Shown here: positions 7,422-16,509 of the stretch, piece by piece | How positions within the stretch are numbered: position 1 is the first letter of the stretch | Layout of the letters: each line of letters begins with the position of its first letter | Virus record (IMG/VR): IMGVR_UViG_3300013104_000040 | Span: 1 to 42,024 of that record | Length of the DNA: 42,024 bases | Origin: a virus | Reading direction: 5' to 3' (one strand) | The notes under the pieces: generated by a model | Told to the model about the DNA's origin: nothing | Database searches by the model: none | Seen by the model: only the letters and a program-made list of their open reading frames with translations | Translations under genes and position numbers: made by a program

Positions 7422-10250
7422 TTAAATAAAGTCGTGGTCACGCTCATAGAATCGGTCATCGTAATTTGATGCTTTCAGCGTGTTGGTCATTTGAGTTTGC
7501 GGTGTAAGTTCTTCGAGCATGAATGCATCAATCTCGGCCTGATCCGCTCTTACCAATGTATAAAGAGTCTTAACATAACGATCAGGATCTACAACAAGCG
7601 GCTGAACTGGCGGTCTAGACAGAACTACTGAATAGTCATCTGGACCTATTGTGCACGGCACCATATCAACAGTGGCATTCGCTATTTGCATATGAACGTA
7701 GTAATCATGCCCAACTTCAAATTTGCACGGCTGAGACGTCATTACCGTTAGGCCATCTACACCAGTCACTTCACCATCTTGTGTATCAACAACTGTGTTA
7801 TTGGCTATTAAGATACGGTCATTACGGATCAGTAATTCAGACTCATCTAGAACTTCCACTTCACAAGAAACATACTTGTAGCGAAGCTTATTCCACTCAC
7901 GCCATGCGCGAGTTTTCGCTTGAGCCTCATTACGAATGCCTCTTGTAGTGATCTTTAATGGATTCTTAGGCGTAACATCTTCTGGAATGGTGTACTTGAT
8001 GCGGGCATCATCTACATCAGAAGTGTATTCAAGCTCAACCCCGTCATAATCTTTCTGCACACCAAATGTATAAGAGCGCTTTTCTGTTAAAGGCACTTTG
8101 TTCCGGTGATTAAAAAGTAAGACTGAGTTCTCTTGAGGCTGTTCAAACTTAATTCGAGTCAGACTTCCGAACCGATATGGCTCACAAAATGCAGCACTTG
8201 CAACCATTCCCGCGATTTCCTCAAAGCTTAGATTGTCATCGTCAATTGTGTAATTGAACTCAGACATAATATCCGAGCCAAAATAAGCATTGACCTTGGC
8301 AATTTCTGCATTGATTTGTGTAATGTCCACTTCCGCACTTGTTCGACGGCCAATGTACTCATCTAATGCAAGATTAATTAATGCTTGTCCTGCTGAGCGT
8401 GTGACTTGTAAAGGCCCTGTCCCATTTAAAGGAAGCTTACGATTGACTAAGCAATTGAGCTTACGTTCTTTGATAGACAAAGCACCATCTGTAGCAACTG
8501 TACGAGAACGAACAACAGTGACATTGCCATAATCGCTAATGCTTGAATCTGTCATCCCATACACAGACTTAATCTTGCAGGTGTCTTGTGTCTTACCTGC
8601 TTGTGTCGGTGTTGTTCGGCTTAATCTGAATCGGAAAGATCCAGCCGTTGGTAAGTCGATATAAATCGTTTTACCGAATTGGGATTTGTTATTTGCCCTA
8701 ATTTCTTGGTTAATCGTAGTGATTGACCCAACCGGATCACCATTTCCATCAATTGATTGCAATTCGATAATGACCGTGATCTTTTCTTCCCACACCCCAC
8801 CTTTACTGTCTTGGTAAAACAAGCCATTAGGAAAGAAGAAGTTAAACACTGCTTGAGTTGCCTCAGGCATATCAAAGTTAAACCACCCGACATATTTAGA
8901 ACTTACAGCATCAAAACGGACCAATACGTCTTGCCCTTGTGTGCTTTGGTTCGGCAAAGTTAAAAGCTTATCCCAATCACTGTTAATGGCTGACGGGTTC
9001 ACTAATGCAATCGTATCGGCAGTTACGCTATTGATTGTGTAAGTATCATCAAGCGTTATTGAATTAGTGTTTCGATTTAAAGAAGCCCCTGCTGTAATGG
9101 TGTAGCTGTTATTTACATACTGCCAGTTTGCATTGACCTTTTCAGGATTTGATAAAGTAATTTCATAGTGGAAGCCACCAGAAATAACCGTCTTTGTTAC
9201 ACCTGAAACGACATACTGGCCAGATAGGTCGCGTGTATTTGTTTCTGTGACTTCATCTGGTGGTGTTCCTGTAGTAGTTTCAATGTCAACTAAGGCACCA
9301 GTTAGCAACAAGCCTTTAAACAAGTTTGGATTATCAATATTTGTTGAAGATTCAATGATAACCATCTTGTCTTCATTCACCATTATCGAACCTGAAAGAT
9401 TCACATCTTGCACACCATAAACCGCACCACTCAAAGCAATACGATCATTAGCTGCGAATTTCTGCGTAAAGTCTAAGCCTGTTGATTTAATTAAGTTCGT
9501 GCTTTGAAACCAGATGCTACTTGACTCAAGTACTGCACTGTTGGGCTGTTCAATGGTTTGGCCATTAATTGATGATGAGGTTCTCACATACTTTGGTAAT
9601 TCAGTGAATGGCTCTCCTACTTGATAAATTGGAGTACCTATAATTGATGTAAATGGGTCATAAGCAGAAACTGACGTGCCAGCAATATTTGCTGCATCAG
9701 TGTCACCATCTCGCATATCTAAAATTTGACAGTACCCGCGAGTAATTGCCATCAGACACTCTTCAGTTTCGATGCCATCGATATAAATTGTGTATGTCTG
9801 TGCAATTAAGTCAGGATACGAACGTACTTGTCCAAAAATATCTGGTATACGGCCATTTATACGTGCTTGGTTAGATCGTTGAGCTAATTCGTTGTTAGAT
9901 GAGCCTACTGTAGGTGACTGTGGCTTAGGCATCGTTAACACAGTGTAAAGACTGTATGCCGCAGTAATCGCTACAATTGCATAGTAAAGGAACTGTAACC
10001 ATTCAGGCTCAATTACTACATAGAACTCACCTTCTAGTGACTGCAAATGCTGTATCTGCGCATTAATAGTCCTAGGATTATTCGGAGTGACATCACATGA
10101 CTCAGCAATATGGTTGTGGTAGATCTTTGCATGTTCAGGCCAGATAGAAAATTGTTGAAAGAGATATGCAACAACATCTTCAACATAAGCCTCCGACCTT
10201 CCCTCTTCACTAAACTGCTTAGGGATAATTACGACTTTTTTTAAGCTCAT
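7422..10250 (-). CDS. Host-specificity / central tail tip protein (lambda J-like) with a gpI-like N-terminal region
   Basis: 942 aa, the largest gene after the tape measure. The N-terminus has a hydrophobic segment then NELAQRSNQARINGRIPDIFGQVRSYP, typical of the J-family start. Position follows the NlpC/P60-like gene. Confidence 0.8.
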   Translation of the reverse strand: MSLKKVVIIPKQFSEEGRSEAYVEDVVAYLFQQFSIWPEHAKIYHNHIAESCDVTPNNPRTINAQIQHLQSLEGEFYVVIEPEWLQFLYYAIVAITAAYSLYTVLTMPKPQSPTVGSSNNELAQRSNQARINGRIPDIFGQVRSYPDLIAQTYTIYIDGIETEECLMAITRGYCQILDMRDGDTDAANIAGTSVSAYDPFTSIIGTPIYQVGEPFTELPKYVRTSSSINGQTIEQPNSAVLESSSIWFQSTNLIKSTGLDFTQKFAANDRIALSGAVYGVQDVNLSGSIMVNEDKMVIIESSTNIDNPNLFKGLLLTGALVDIETTTGTPPDEVTETNTRDLSGQYVVSGVTKTVISGGFHYEITLSNPEKVNANWQYVNNSYTITAGASLNRNTNSITLDDTYTINSVTADTIALVNPSAINSDWDKLLTLPNQSTQGQDVLVRFDAVSSKYVGWFNFDMPEATQAVFNFFFPNGLFYQDSKGGVWEEKITVIIELQSIDGNGDPVGSITTINQEIRANNKSQFGKTIYIDLPTAGSFRFRLSRTTPTQAGKTQDTCKIKSVYGMTDSSISDYGNVTVVRSRTVATDGALSIKERKLNCLVNRKLPLNGTGPLQVTRSAGQALINLALDEYIGRRTSAEVDITQINAEIAKVNAYFGSDIMSEFNYTIDDDNLSFEEIAGMVASAAFCEPYRFGSLTRIKFEQPQENSVLLFNHRNKVPLTEKRSYTFGVQKDYDGVELEYTSDVDDARIKYTIPEDVTPKNPLKITTRGIRNEAQAKTRAWREWNKLRYKYVSCEVEVLDESELLIRNDRILIANNTVVDTQDGEVTGVDGLTVMTSQPCKFEVGHDYYVHMQIANATVDMVPCTIGPDDYSVVLSRPPVQPLVVDPDRYVKTLYTLVRADQAEIDAFMLEELTPQTQMTNTLKASNYDDRFYERDHDFI

Positions 10251-10579
10251 TTGTAGAACCTCGTGTCTTCCCTAAAGTGCATATCAATTATTTCTAGAGG
10301 TACGTACTGCACCCCTCGCCCCGTCAAATGCAAAACTCTGTCGCAATAAAAAAGCCCAACATGCGTTGAGCTTCTTGGGCCATTTGAGAAAAAGGCAATG
10401 CAGGGTGATTCTGGTGCCTCTAGTTCTTGGAAGTTACCCTTACCATTTAGAAAAGCCATCAAGCGCTTTTTAAGTTTTTCACCCGTGACTAGTTCCCATG
10501 CCTCACAAAGAAAGTCGTTGCAAGTGTAGTCTTTGGTCCAAACACGGTTATGAAGGTCGTCTAGGTTCATCTTTAACAA
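10247..10579 (-). CDS. NlpC/P60-like small tail tip protein (lambda K position)
   Basis: Cys in CNDFLCEAWELVTG and His in STHVGLFYCDRVLHL resemble the C40 peptidase Cys/His pair. It lies immediately upstream of the J-like gene. Confidence 0.5.
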   Translation of the reverse strand: MLKMNLDDLHNRVWTKDYTCNDFLCEAWELVTGEKLKKRLMAFLNGKGNFQELEAPESPCIAFFSNGPRSSTHVGLFYCDRVLHLTGRGVQYVPLEIIDMHFREDTRFYK

Positions 10580-10880
10580 TCTCCATTACCTGTTTCACTG
10601 TTGGGATTTTCTTACCTTTATGCGTCAGATCAGCGTTTGCATCACTAAATATCACATCTAAAGCAATCAAATCCGACAGCTCATCTTGATAATCTTTTGT
10701 ATCAACAAAGACCTTTTCGCCCGATCTAGCACTTTCTTCAAGTTTATGTTTCAGCAACCCAAGCTTTTCTGCCAATTCAAGATCAAATTGTTGATTTTTT
10801 TGAGCGGGTGACTTTTGTTTTTTCCCAGAGCAAATACATATAATAAGAAGCATTAGAATTATAAATATTATGGCTACCAT
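10548..10880 (-). CDS. Small N-terminally membrane-anchored protein inserted in the tail-tip module (function unknown)
   Basis: MVAIIFIILMLLIICICSG forms a TM anchor, followed by a charged, coiled-coil-like soluble part. No structural-protein motifs recognised. Confidence 0.55.
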   Translation of the reverse strand: MVAIIFIILMLLIICICSGKKQKSPAQKNQQFDLELAEKLGLLKHKLEESARSGEKVFVDTKDYQDELSDLIALDVIFSDANADLTHKGKKIPTVKQVMEIVKDEPRRPS

Positions 10881-10894
10881 ATCGACCTCCTTGT

Positions 10895-11401
10895 TTAGAT
10901 CATGCCTCGCAATAATGGGAACCGCTCAAGGTCATAAATTTCGCCAGTTCTAACACTGTTAAGTTCAGGTGCTTGAGCGTCAAAGGTACAGTTGCCTGAG
11001 CCATCTTTAGACATAGAAGCAACTTCTAGTGTCTGTAGTGACACCATTGGAGCTGTTAAGTCATCATCTCGATAAAGCCGCCACTTTACTGTTGGTCTAA
11101 CTTTCCAGTTAGTGCCACGTCTAGCAGAGACAACCGATTTAATGAGTTCATCCTCAACATCGCCAATGGTAAGGCTTAACTTCTGGTCAAGGTCATTTGT
11201 GACTGTAGAGCGTTGAATAGACATTGCTTGATAGTCATATTGAATATCAGGCCCTGCCGACTCATGTTTTACCACTACGCCTTCAGTATCGTTTTTGACG
11301 AATCGGAATGGCTCCGTAAAGTCTGGATGGGAAATCTCTACACACTCCAAGGGCACGACACCACTACTCGAGTTTAAGAAGAAGGATGTATAGTCAGGCA
11401 T
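10895..11401 (-). CDS. Minor tail protein, DUF1833-like
   Basis: N-terminus ..VVPLECVEISHPDFTEPFRFVKN resembles the DUF1833 signature. Position is two genes downstream of the tape measure. Confidence 0.55.
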   Translation of the reverse strand: MPDYTSFFLNSSSGVVPLECVEISHPDFTEPFRFVKNDTEGVVVKHESAGPDIQYDYQAMSIQRSTVTNDLDQKLSLTIGDVEDELIKSVVSARRGTNWKVRPTVKWRLYRDDDLTAPMVSLQTLEVASMSKDGSGNCTFDAQAPELNSVRTGEIYDLERFPLLRGMI

Positions 11402-11884
11402 CTATATTCCCTCCATCGCATTCGGCAGGTCTTCGTTTACTAGTTCTTCAAGAGGGTTCACCCAATCCCAAAGACCTTCATTGCCATCATCATTACCAAT
11501 ATCAACAATCAAGTCGTCCATGCCTTCATCTTCCAGCTGTGGCTTAACTTCAAACTGTGCAGTGACGGTATAAACCGAGCCTTCTTTTGCCGATAATGTC
11601 GGACTATCAATAAAGAAGCATTGGTAATCCTCAGCCTCTCCGTCATCAATAATTAGCCTTGCTAAAAATGGCTGATTTGGTGTTCTTCGCCATACTCTAT
11701 AAAAGGCCATCAAGTATTGATAGCCTCCTGAACCTACAACCCATTGAACATTCACTGTATGGGATACATTCTTCAAAGATCGACGGTAGCGACTAGCGCC
11801 ACCATCTAATCTTTGAGAAATGACACCATCCCCAACCTTTGCCGTATAACCACTTTGCGTTACGCAGTATTTCAGCCTATTCAT
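11402..11884 (-). CDS. Minor tail protein (distal-tail position, directly after the tape measure)
   Basis: 160 aa, abutting the tape measure stop and the DUF1833-like start. Assigned by synteny only. Confidence 0.5.
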   Translation of the reverse strand: MNRLKYCVTQSGYTAKVGDGVISQRLDGGASRYRRSLKNVSHTVNVQWVVGSGGYQYLMAFYRVWRRTPNQPFLARLIIDDGEAEDYQCFFIDSPTLSAKEGSVYTVTAQFEVKPQLEDEGMDDLIVDIGNDDGNEGLWDWVNPLEELVNEDLPNAMEGI

Positions 11885-11886
11885 GC

Positions 11887-14508
11887 TTATCTTCTCCGCT
11901 GTGCATTGTAGTTTTGCTGCATGGTTTTAGAGATTCGGCTATTTGGATTAGCCAATTGGTTTGATACGGTTTGCTCAGCAATTTGTTGAATACGGATATC
12001 CAAAGTTCCATCATCGTTTTGAGTCGCTGTAGCTGTTTGACCAGGTAGTGTGTAGACGTTGACTGTTGGGCCATCTGATCCGACGTTTCCTAAGCTTCCT
12101 CCACTATTAAGTGCATTCAGAGTATCAACACCAATTCGCTTAGTTGCACTTGCATTAAGAACATATTCTTGCCCATGCACTACACCAGCAATATCACTTG
12201 TTCCAATGTTCCCTGTGTAGCCGCCTGTTTGGAATCCTGCCGCCACACTTTGAATGTTAGAGATGATACTTGCTGTTTGCGCTGCAACAGTTGCTGCTGC
12301 ACTCAAATTGGCTGGAAATGGAAGTGACATAGCATTCGCAATACCCGTCTGAATAGCAACGATTGACTGTGCAATTGCGAAGGATTTTTCAACTGCAAAC
12401 ATTGCTTTGTAGGCAGATGATTGCTCACCACTCATTGTCTTGAGCATGTCAGAAAAAGAACCTGCAATTGCCTGTCCAGAGCCGAGAGCTAGTGCAGCAC
12501 GATCAGCATGAAACTTTTGTTCACTTTCCAACATCTTCTGTTGATATTCTTCTTGTGTTATCAGCTGCCATTCAAATGCCTCTTTAATGGCTTCTCCTCT
12601 TCGAGCTGCCTCATCTTCTGCAGAAGTATCAACACCAGTTGCATCTTGATAATTCATCCATGCTTGACGTTTAGCATCATCGTTCTCAAGATCTTGTGTC
12701 TTATAAGAAGCACCAATAAGAAAGTTCTTTTCATCGCCTGTTAAACTATTGTTTAAACGTATTTGTTCACGTTCAAACTCATATTTAGCAGTGATGTTTT
12801 GCATGTCAGTTTGGAATGCAGATTGTGCATCACTCAAACGTTGAGCAGATTCAAGACGCATCCAAGAAAGCTCTTGTTGATGTTTATCTTTAGCCGCCCT
12901 ATAAAATGCCTCTTTATCTTTATCAGTAATATCGGTACGAGCTGCAATTTCTTTCTTAGCCAGCTCATACTGGAAGTTAATTTTTTCCTCTTCCGTTAAG
13001 CGATATTCTGAAAGTTCAAATGCAAGTTTTGCTAAATAAAGATCCTTTTCTGTTTCATAGCGTGCTTTTGCAGTCTGTAGAAAAAGTTTCTCCTGCTCGC
13101 CAGTAAATGCAAAACGTATATCTTTCAGCTGTTTTTCATAATCAAGCTGCAACTGATATTCGCGGTCAGCAAATTCATAAATCATTCCTTCACGTATTCG
13201 CTTTTGCTCTTCTAGCGTTCTGTTTAACTCTTCCTGCGCTTTTGCAGCTGCTTTTGTTGCATCTGATACTTTATTTTGCTTATCCACCCAATCTTGAGCG
13301 CCTTTTGTAGCAGCAGTATTGGTTTTATTTGCTTGACTCATAAGGTCAGCAAGCTTAGCAGTTGATTTTGACACTGAATCATCAAAAATCTTGTCCGTTG
13401 TTTTGCTTAAGTCTTCAATTACAGATAAGTTATCTCGATAAGCCATTTTGATATAGCTGTTTTCCGCACCAGATGTTGCACCTGCTGTAATAAAGCTTTT
13501 AGCAATTTGGACACCTGGCAACTTATCAAACCAACTACTTTGTTGCGCTGCTTGGTTAGTTAACTTAAAAGAATCTAAAGCTTGGTTAGTTACACCAGCA
13601 ATACTATTTGCAACTAAATTAAGCGCTGCCCATACACCATAAGCAATTGTTGCAACACCCTTCAAAGAGTTTGCTAGCACTTCACCAGCATCTGCCATTC
13701 CCCGAGCTTTCTTATCTCCATCGCTTAAAGCATCTGAGATATTTACTAATGCTGGAATAACAGAGCTTAAAATTTGTCTTTTAAGACTTTCATATTGCAT
13801 ATCCAACATTTTAGTTTGAACTTGTAGTTCTCTGGATGCTTTAAGTGTTTTCTCATCCATGATGATGCCAGCACGTTCAGCTGCTTCACCCCACAAGCGC
13901 ATACCTTCCGCATTATTTTTTAACAATGGCAGTAACAAGGTTGAGTCAGATGCCATACTTTCCATTAGGAATGACATCTGGTCTTGAGAAAGGTTGGCTT
14001 CTTCCATTTTCTTAACAAATAAGCCCATTGACTCAGGGCCTGAAAGTTTAGAAAGTTCTTTTGCCAATTTCATAGCACCATCGGCACCTTTCTCCGTCTT
14101 TACTGCCACTTGCTCCATGAAGTCAACTAATGGGCCAGATCCAGCAGTTAGAAAGTCGCCAAAGCGTTCATTCCAATCTTTCATGATGTCACTGAGCTTT
14201 TCAGCTTCAATTCCCATCATTTGTGCGCCCACAGCCATTTTTTGGAATTCAGCAACTGATGTTTGGCTTAAATATGCGAAGCGCTCTAATTCCGCATTAT
14301 GCTTTGCCATTGTGTCAGCCATTGCAATTATTGCAGTTGTTGCTCCTGCGATAGCTGTTGCAGCAATGGCGCCATATGATGCAATAAAGCCCTTCATCTT
14401 AGTAAGGCTGCCTTTGAGCTGCCCTTCTGCTTGCTTTAATGGCTCGGTGAATTTGCCAAGTCTGACAAGTAAATCAAGAGTTAATGTTCCTAGTTTAGTT
14501 GCCATCAC
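11887..14508 (-). CDS. Tail tape measure protein
   Basis: 873 aa, alpha-helical and coiled-coil rich with hydrophobic Ala/Gly-rich segments. Located after the chaperone region. Confidence 0.9.
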   Translation of the reverse strand: MMATKLGTLTLDLLVRLGKFTEPLKQAEGQLKGSLTKMKGFIASYGAIAATAIAGATTAIIAMADTMAKHNAELERFAYLSQTSVAEFQKMAVGAQMMGIEAEKLSDIMKDWNERFGDFLTAGSGPLVDFMEQVAVKTEKGADGAMKLAKELSKLSGPESMGLFVKKMEEANLSQDQMSFLMESMASDSTLLLPLLKNNAEGMRLWGEAAERAGIIMDEKTLKASRELQVQTKMLDMQYESLKRQILSSVIPALVNISDALSDGDKKARGMADAGEVLANSLKGVATIAYGVWAALNLVANSIAGVTNQALDSFKLTNQAAQQSSWFDKLPGVQIAKSFITAGATSGAENSYIKMAYRDNLSVIEDLSKTTDKIFDDSVSKSTAKLADLMSQANKTNTAATKGAQDWVDKQNKVSDATKAAAKAQEELNRTLEEQKRIREGMIYEFADREYQLQLDYEKQLKDIRFAFTGEQEKLFLQTAKARYETEKDLYLAKLAFELSEYRLTEEEKINFQYELAKKEIAARTDITDKDKEAFYRAAKDKHQQELSWMRLESAQRLSDAQSAFQTDMQNITAKYEFEREQIRLNNSLTGDEKNFLIGASYKTQDLENDDAKRQAWMNYQDATGVDTSAEDEAARRGEAIKEAFEWQLITQEEYQQKMLESEQKFHADRAALALGSGQAIAGSFSDMLKTMSGEQSSAYKAMFAVEKSFAIAQSIVAIQTGIANAMSLPFPANLSAAATVAAQTASIISNIQSVAAGFQTGGYTGNIGTSDIAGVVHGQEYVLNASATKRIGVDTLNALNSGGSLGNVGSDGPTVNVYTLPGQTATATQNDDGTLDIRIQQIAEQTVSNQLANPNSRISKTMQQNYNAQRRR

Positions 14509-14519
14509 TTTTCTCCAGC

Positions 14520-14544
14520 CAATAAAAAACCCGCTTTCGCGGGT
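14520..14544 (-). terminator. Intrinsic terminator (minus strand) with TTTTTTATTG tail, directly upstream of the tape measure gene
   Basis: The minus strand reads ACCCGCGAAAGCGGG followed by TTTTTTATTGGCTGGAGAAAAGTGATG. Confidence 0.75.
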
Positions 14545-14561
14545 TAAGTAGTTTTAAAGTT

Positions 14562-15233
14562 CTAGGGTTCTTTGAATCCATCAACATCAAATATAAATTG
14601 CTTTGTTCCTTCTTGAAAGAAACTAGGCTCAACTATAAGTTTCTTTGATACTTTCAGTTTTTCTATAAGCTTCTTGGCTGTTGATTCACTCTGAACAAAT
14701 AAGACATCTGTATCATGCGTATCACTACCAACCATTGTCACCGCTTGAATATTTCCACTATCAAATTTGAAATTTACCTTACAGCCATCAAAGCTTGAAC
14801 AAATGAATTGGCCCTTTGTGATATTAATAATTAAATCAGTTCCACTTTTACCCTTTCTAATGGTCAGGACAAGGTTTGATCCACCATTGTATGGAAACTC
14901 AAAATCAGCTTGGTTGGTACTTATCGTACGTGTTGATCTTGTTTCTGTTCCTCGCATCTCATCTTTAGAAACGTTATTAAACCAATTTTCAGGTTTTACA
15001 GGTTCAGATGTGACACTTGATGCTTGAGCACTCTCTTGTTTATCACCTTGGTTAACTGTTTTGGTCGGTTCTGCAATTTTTCCAATCACAGCAAATAAAA
15101 TCATAATCCCAAAAAACCAAAGGACTATTTTTAAAAAAAGGCCCATCTTCTTAACCTTGGCCCCACACACAGGACAAGCATCTGCCTTATCACTAACTGG
15201 TGCACCGCACTCTTTACATGGTTTTATAGCCAT
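14562..15233 (-). CDS. Zinc-ribbon / single-TM membrane protein with a ~170-aa extracytoplasmic domain (moron gene 2)
   Basis: MAIKPCKECGAPVSDKADACPVCGAKV carries CxxC..CxxC, then TM LFLKIVLWFFGIMILFAVIG, then a beta-rich C-terminal domain. The ORF track start at 15245 is TTG; ATG 15233 is the likely start. Confidence 0.7.
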   Translation of the reverse strand: MAIKPCKECGAPVSDKADACPVCGAKVKKMGLFLKIVLWFFGIMILFAVIGKIAEPTKTVNQGDKQESAQASSVTSEPVKPENWFNNVSKDEMRGTETRSTRTISTNQADFEFPYNGGSNLVLTIRKGKSGTDLIINITKGQFICSSFDGCKVNFKFDSGNIQAVTMVGSDTHDTDVLFVQSESTAKKLIEKLKVSKKLIVEPSFFQEGTKQFIFDVDGFKEP

Positions 15234-15273
15234 TTCATCACCCAAAAGATCTGAACTTTATTAGTAGTTAAAT

Positions 15274-15705
15274 TTAGTTTATTTTTGGTTTGCCCAGTAA
15301 TTTATTGACTGCATCCAACACTTTCCCATCAGTGCTACGCCATTTATTAAGTGCTAATGGATTTTGCTCCCAATCTACTTTCGCAATTTGTTCTCCATTA
15401 GCATCGTATAGATCTAGTTGGATAACAGAAGTATATACCGCCATATCCCATGATCTTTGAGCTGAGTAAGTTAATCTATTTTGACATTCAGTTGGTTTGG
15501 TATCTGAATAGAATTTAGATTTAATACCATTTTCAATAAATGCTCTCTCAAGATCATTCTCAAATGAAGGAATGGTTACTTTACTGTTTCTCTCAATGCA
15601 CACTTCTCTTAGTGTACTTAATTTATTAGCATCTATGGGCTTCACTGGTTTGGCTACACAACCAGCAAGCCCCAATATTAAAGTAAATAAAATAATCTTT
15701 TTCAT
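15274..15705 (-). CDS. Lipoprotein (moron gene 1)
   Basis: MKKIILFTLILGLAGCVAKP has a signal peptide with lipobox LAGC. An alternative ATG lies at 15717. Confidence 0.75.
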   Translation of the reverse strand: MKKIILFTLILGLAGCVAKPVKPIDANKLSTLREVCIERNSKVTIPSFENDLERAFIENGIKSKFYSDTKPTECQNRLTYSAQRSWDMAVYTSVIQLDLYDANGEQIAKVDWEQNPLALNKWRSTDGKVLDAVNKLLGKPKIN

Positions 15706-15732
15706 GAAATTATCCATCTTATGAATGATGGA

Positions 15733-15761
15733 AATTTAACAAATTGAGCACTATTTGTCAC
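15733..15761 (-). promoter_or_regulatory. Sigma70-like promoter for the moron (GTGACA - 17 nt - TAAATT)
   Basis: The minus strand reads GTGACAAATAGTGCTCAATTTGTTAAATT, between the GT-terminating hairpin and the lipoprotein start. Confidence 0.4.
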
Positions 15762-15763
15762 AC

Positions 15764-15791
15764 AAAAGAAAAACCGCTATCTCTAGCGGTA
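15764..15791 (-). terminator. Intrinsic terminator (minus strand) after the G/GT chaperone gene
   Basis: The minus strand reads ACCGCTA-GAGA-TAGCGGT followed by TTTTTCTTTTG. Confidence 0.65.
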
Positions 15792-15809
15792 TACCACCTT
15801 CTGGTAATT

Positions 15810-16501
15810 TTAATTCACCACATGAGCCTTCAAGAAGCTTTCCAAATCCTGAGGCACTGGTTTTGATTCGTGAGGCATGTAATTAAGGGCATCTATTTTG
15901 GTGCCCTTTTTAACTTTAGAGGAAATGTAGAGGGCAAATAAATTACCAATTGCCTGCTCTATTCGACGACCCATAAACAAAGAGCCACGTTTCTGACGGT
16001 AGACCCACCAGATATGGAACTCTTCATTGCTTAGGTTTTGCTTCGCTTCCGAGATGGTTTTTCCACCGATTCCACAGCTGACGAGTTCGCACCAGAATTC
16101 GTTTCGCTTGAATTCTTCTTCATCAACTTTCCCATGAAGTTATTCACATCATCAGAAGCAGAATAGAAGGCATTACAGACAGAAACATCACAATCCAGCA
16201 CTTCTTCAATTGACTTAAAGAACGGTGTACCTTTGGCATCTTCACAAATTGACCCAAGAATACGAGCGGCTTGCAAGCGGATGCCATCAATACTTTCCAA
16301 TTTAGAGTTTTCTATATCCTTAGTATCGAACTTCCATTTATAAGCCTTTAAGATTTGCTCTTGGTCTTTGAACGAGAGCTTACGGACAAATACTTGAGCT
16401 TCGTAATCTTCACCCTCTAAAGAAAAATGCACCGTCTTTTCGACTGGTGCACTTTGAGTGAGACTTACTTTTTTAAGGTTAGCTACTGTAAGTTTTTTCA
16501 T
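15810..16501 (-). CDS. Tail assembly chaperone -1 frameshift product (gpGT analogue)
   Basis: I translated the -1 frame by hand. It is open from 16139 down to a TAA at 15810-15812 (..VDEEEFKRNEFW..FHIWWVYRQKRGSLFMG..FLKAHVVN). It is entered at GGGAAAG (16127-16133), the same heptamer lambda uses for G/GT. Confidence 0.75.
16031..16501 (-). CDS. Tail assembly chaperone (lambda gpG analogue)
   Basis: 156 aa and acidic, lying between the major tail and tape measure region. Contains the slippery heptamer G GGA AAG in phase at 16127-16133. Confidence 0.8.
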   Translation of the reverse strand: MKKLTVANLKKVSLTQSAPVEKTVHFSLEGEDYEAQVFVRKLSFKDQEQILKAYKWKFDTKDIENSKLESIDGIRLQAARILGSICEDAKGTPFFKSIEEVLDCDVSVCNAFYSASDDVNNFMGKLMKKNSSETNSGANSSAVESVEKPSRKRSKT

Positions 16502-16509
16502 TTTCCACC

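Noticed and set aside
16056-16064. GGAAAAACC run as the G/GT slippery site.
   Set aside because: It is not a true X XXY YYZ heptamer in phase. The canonical G GGA AAG at 16127-16133 lies inside the window where the -1 frame is already open, so it is preferred.
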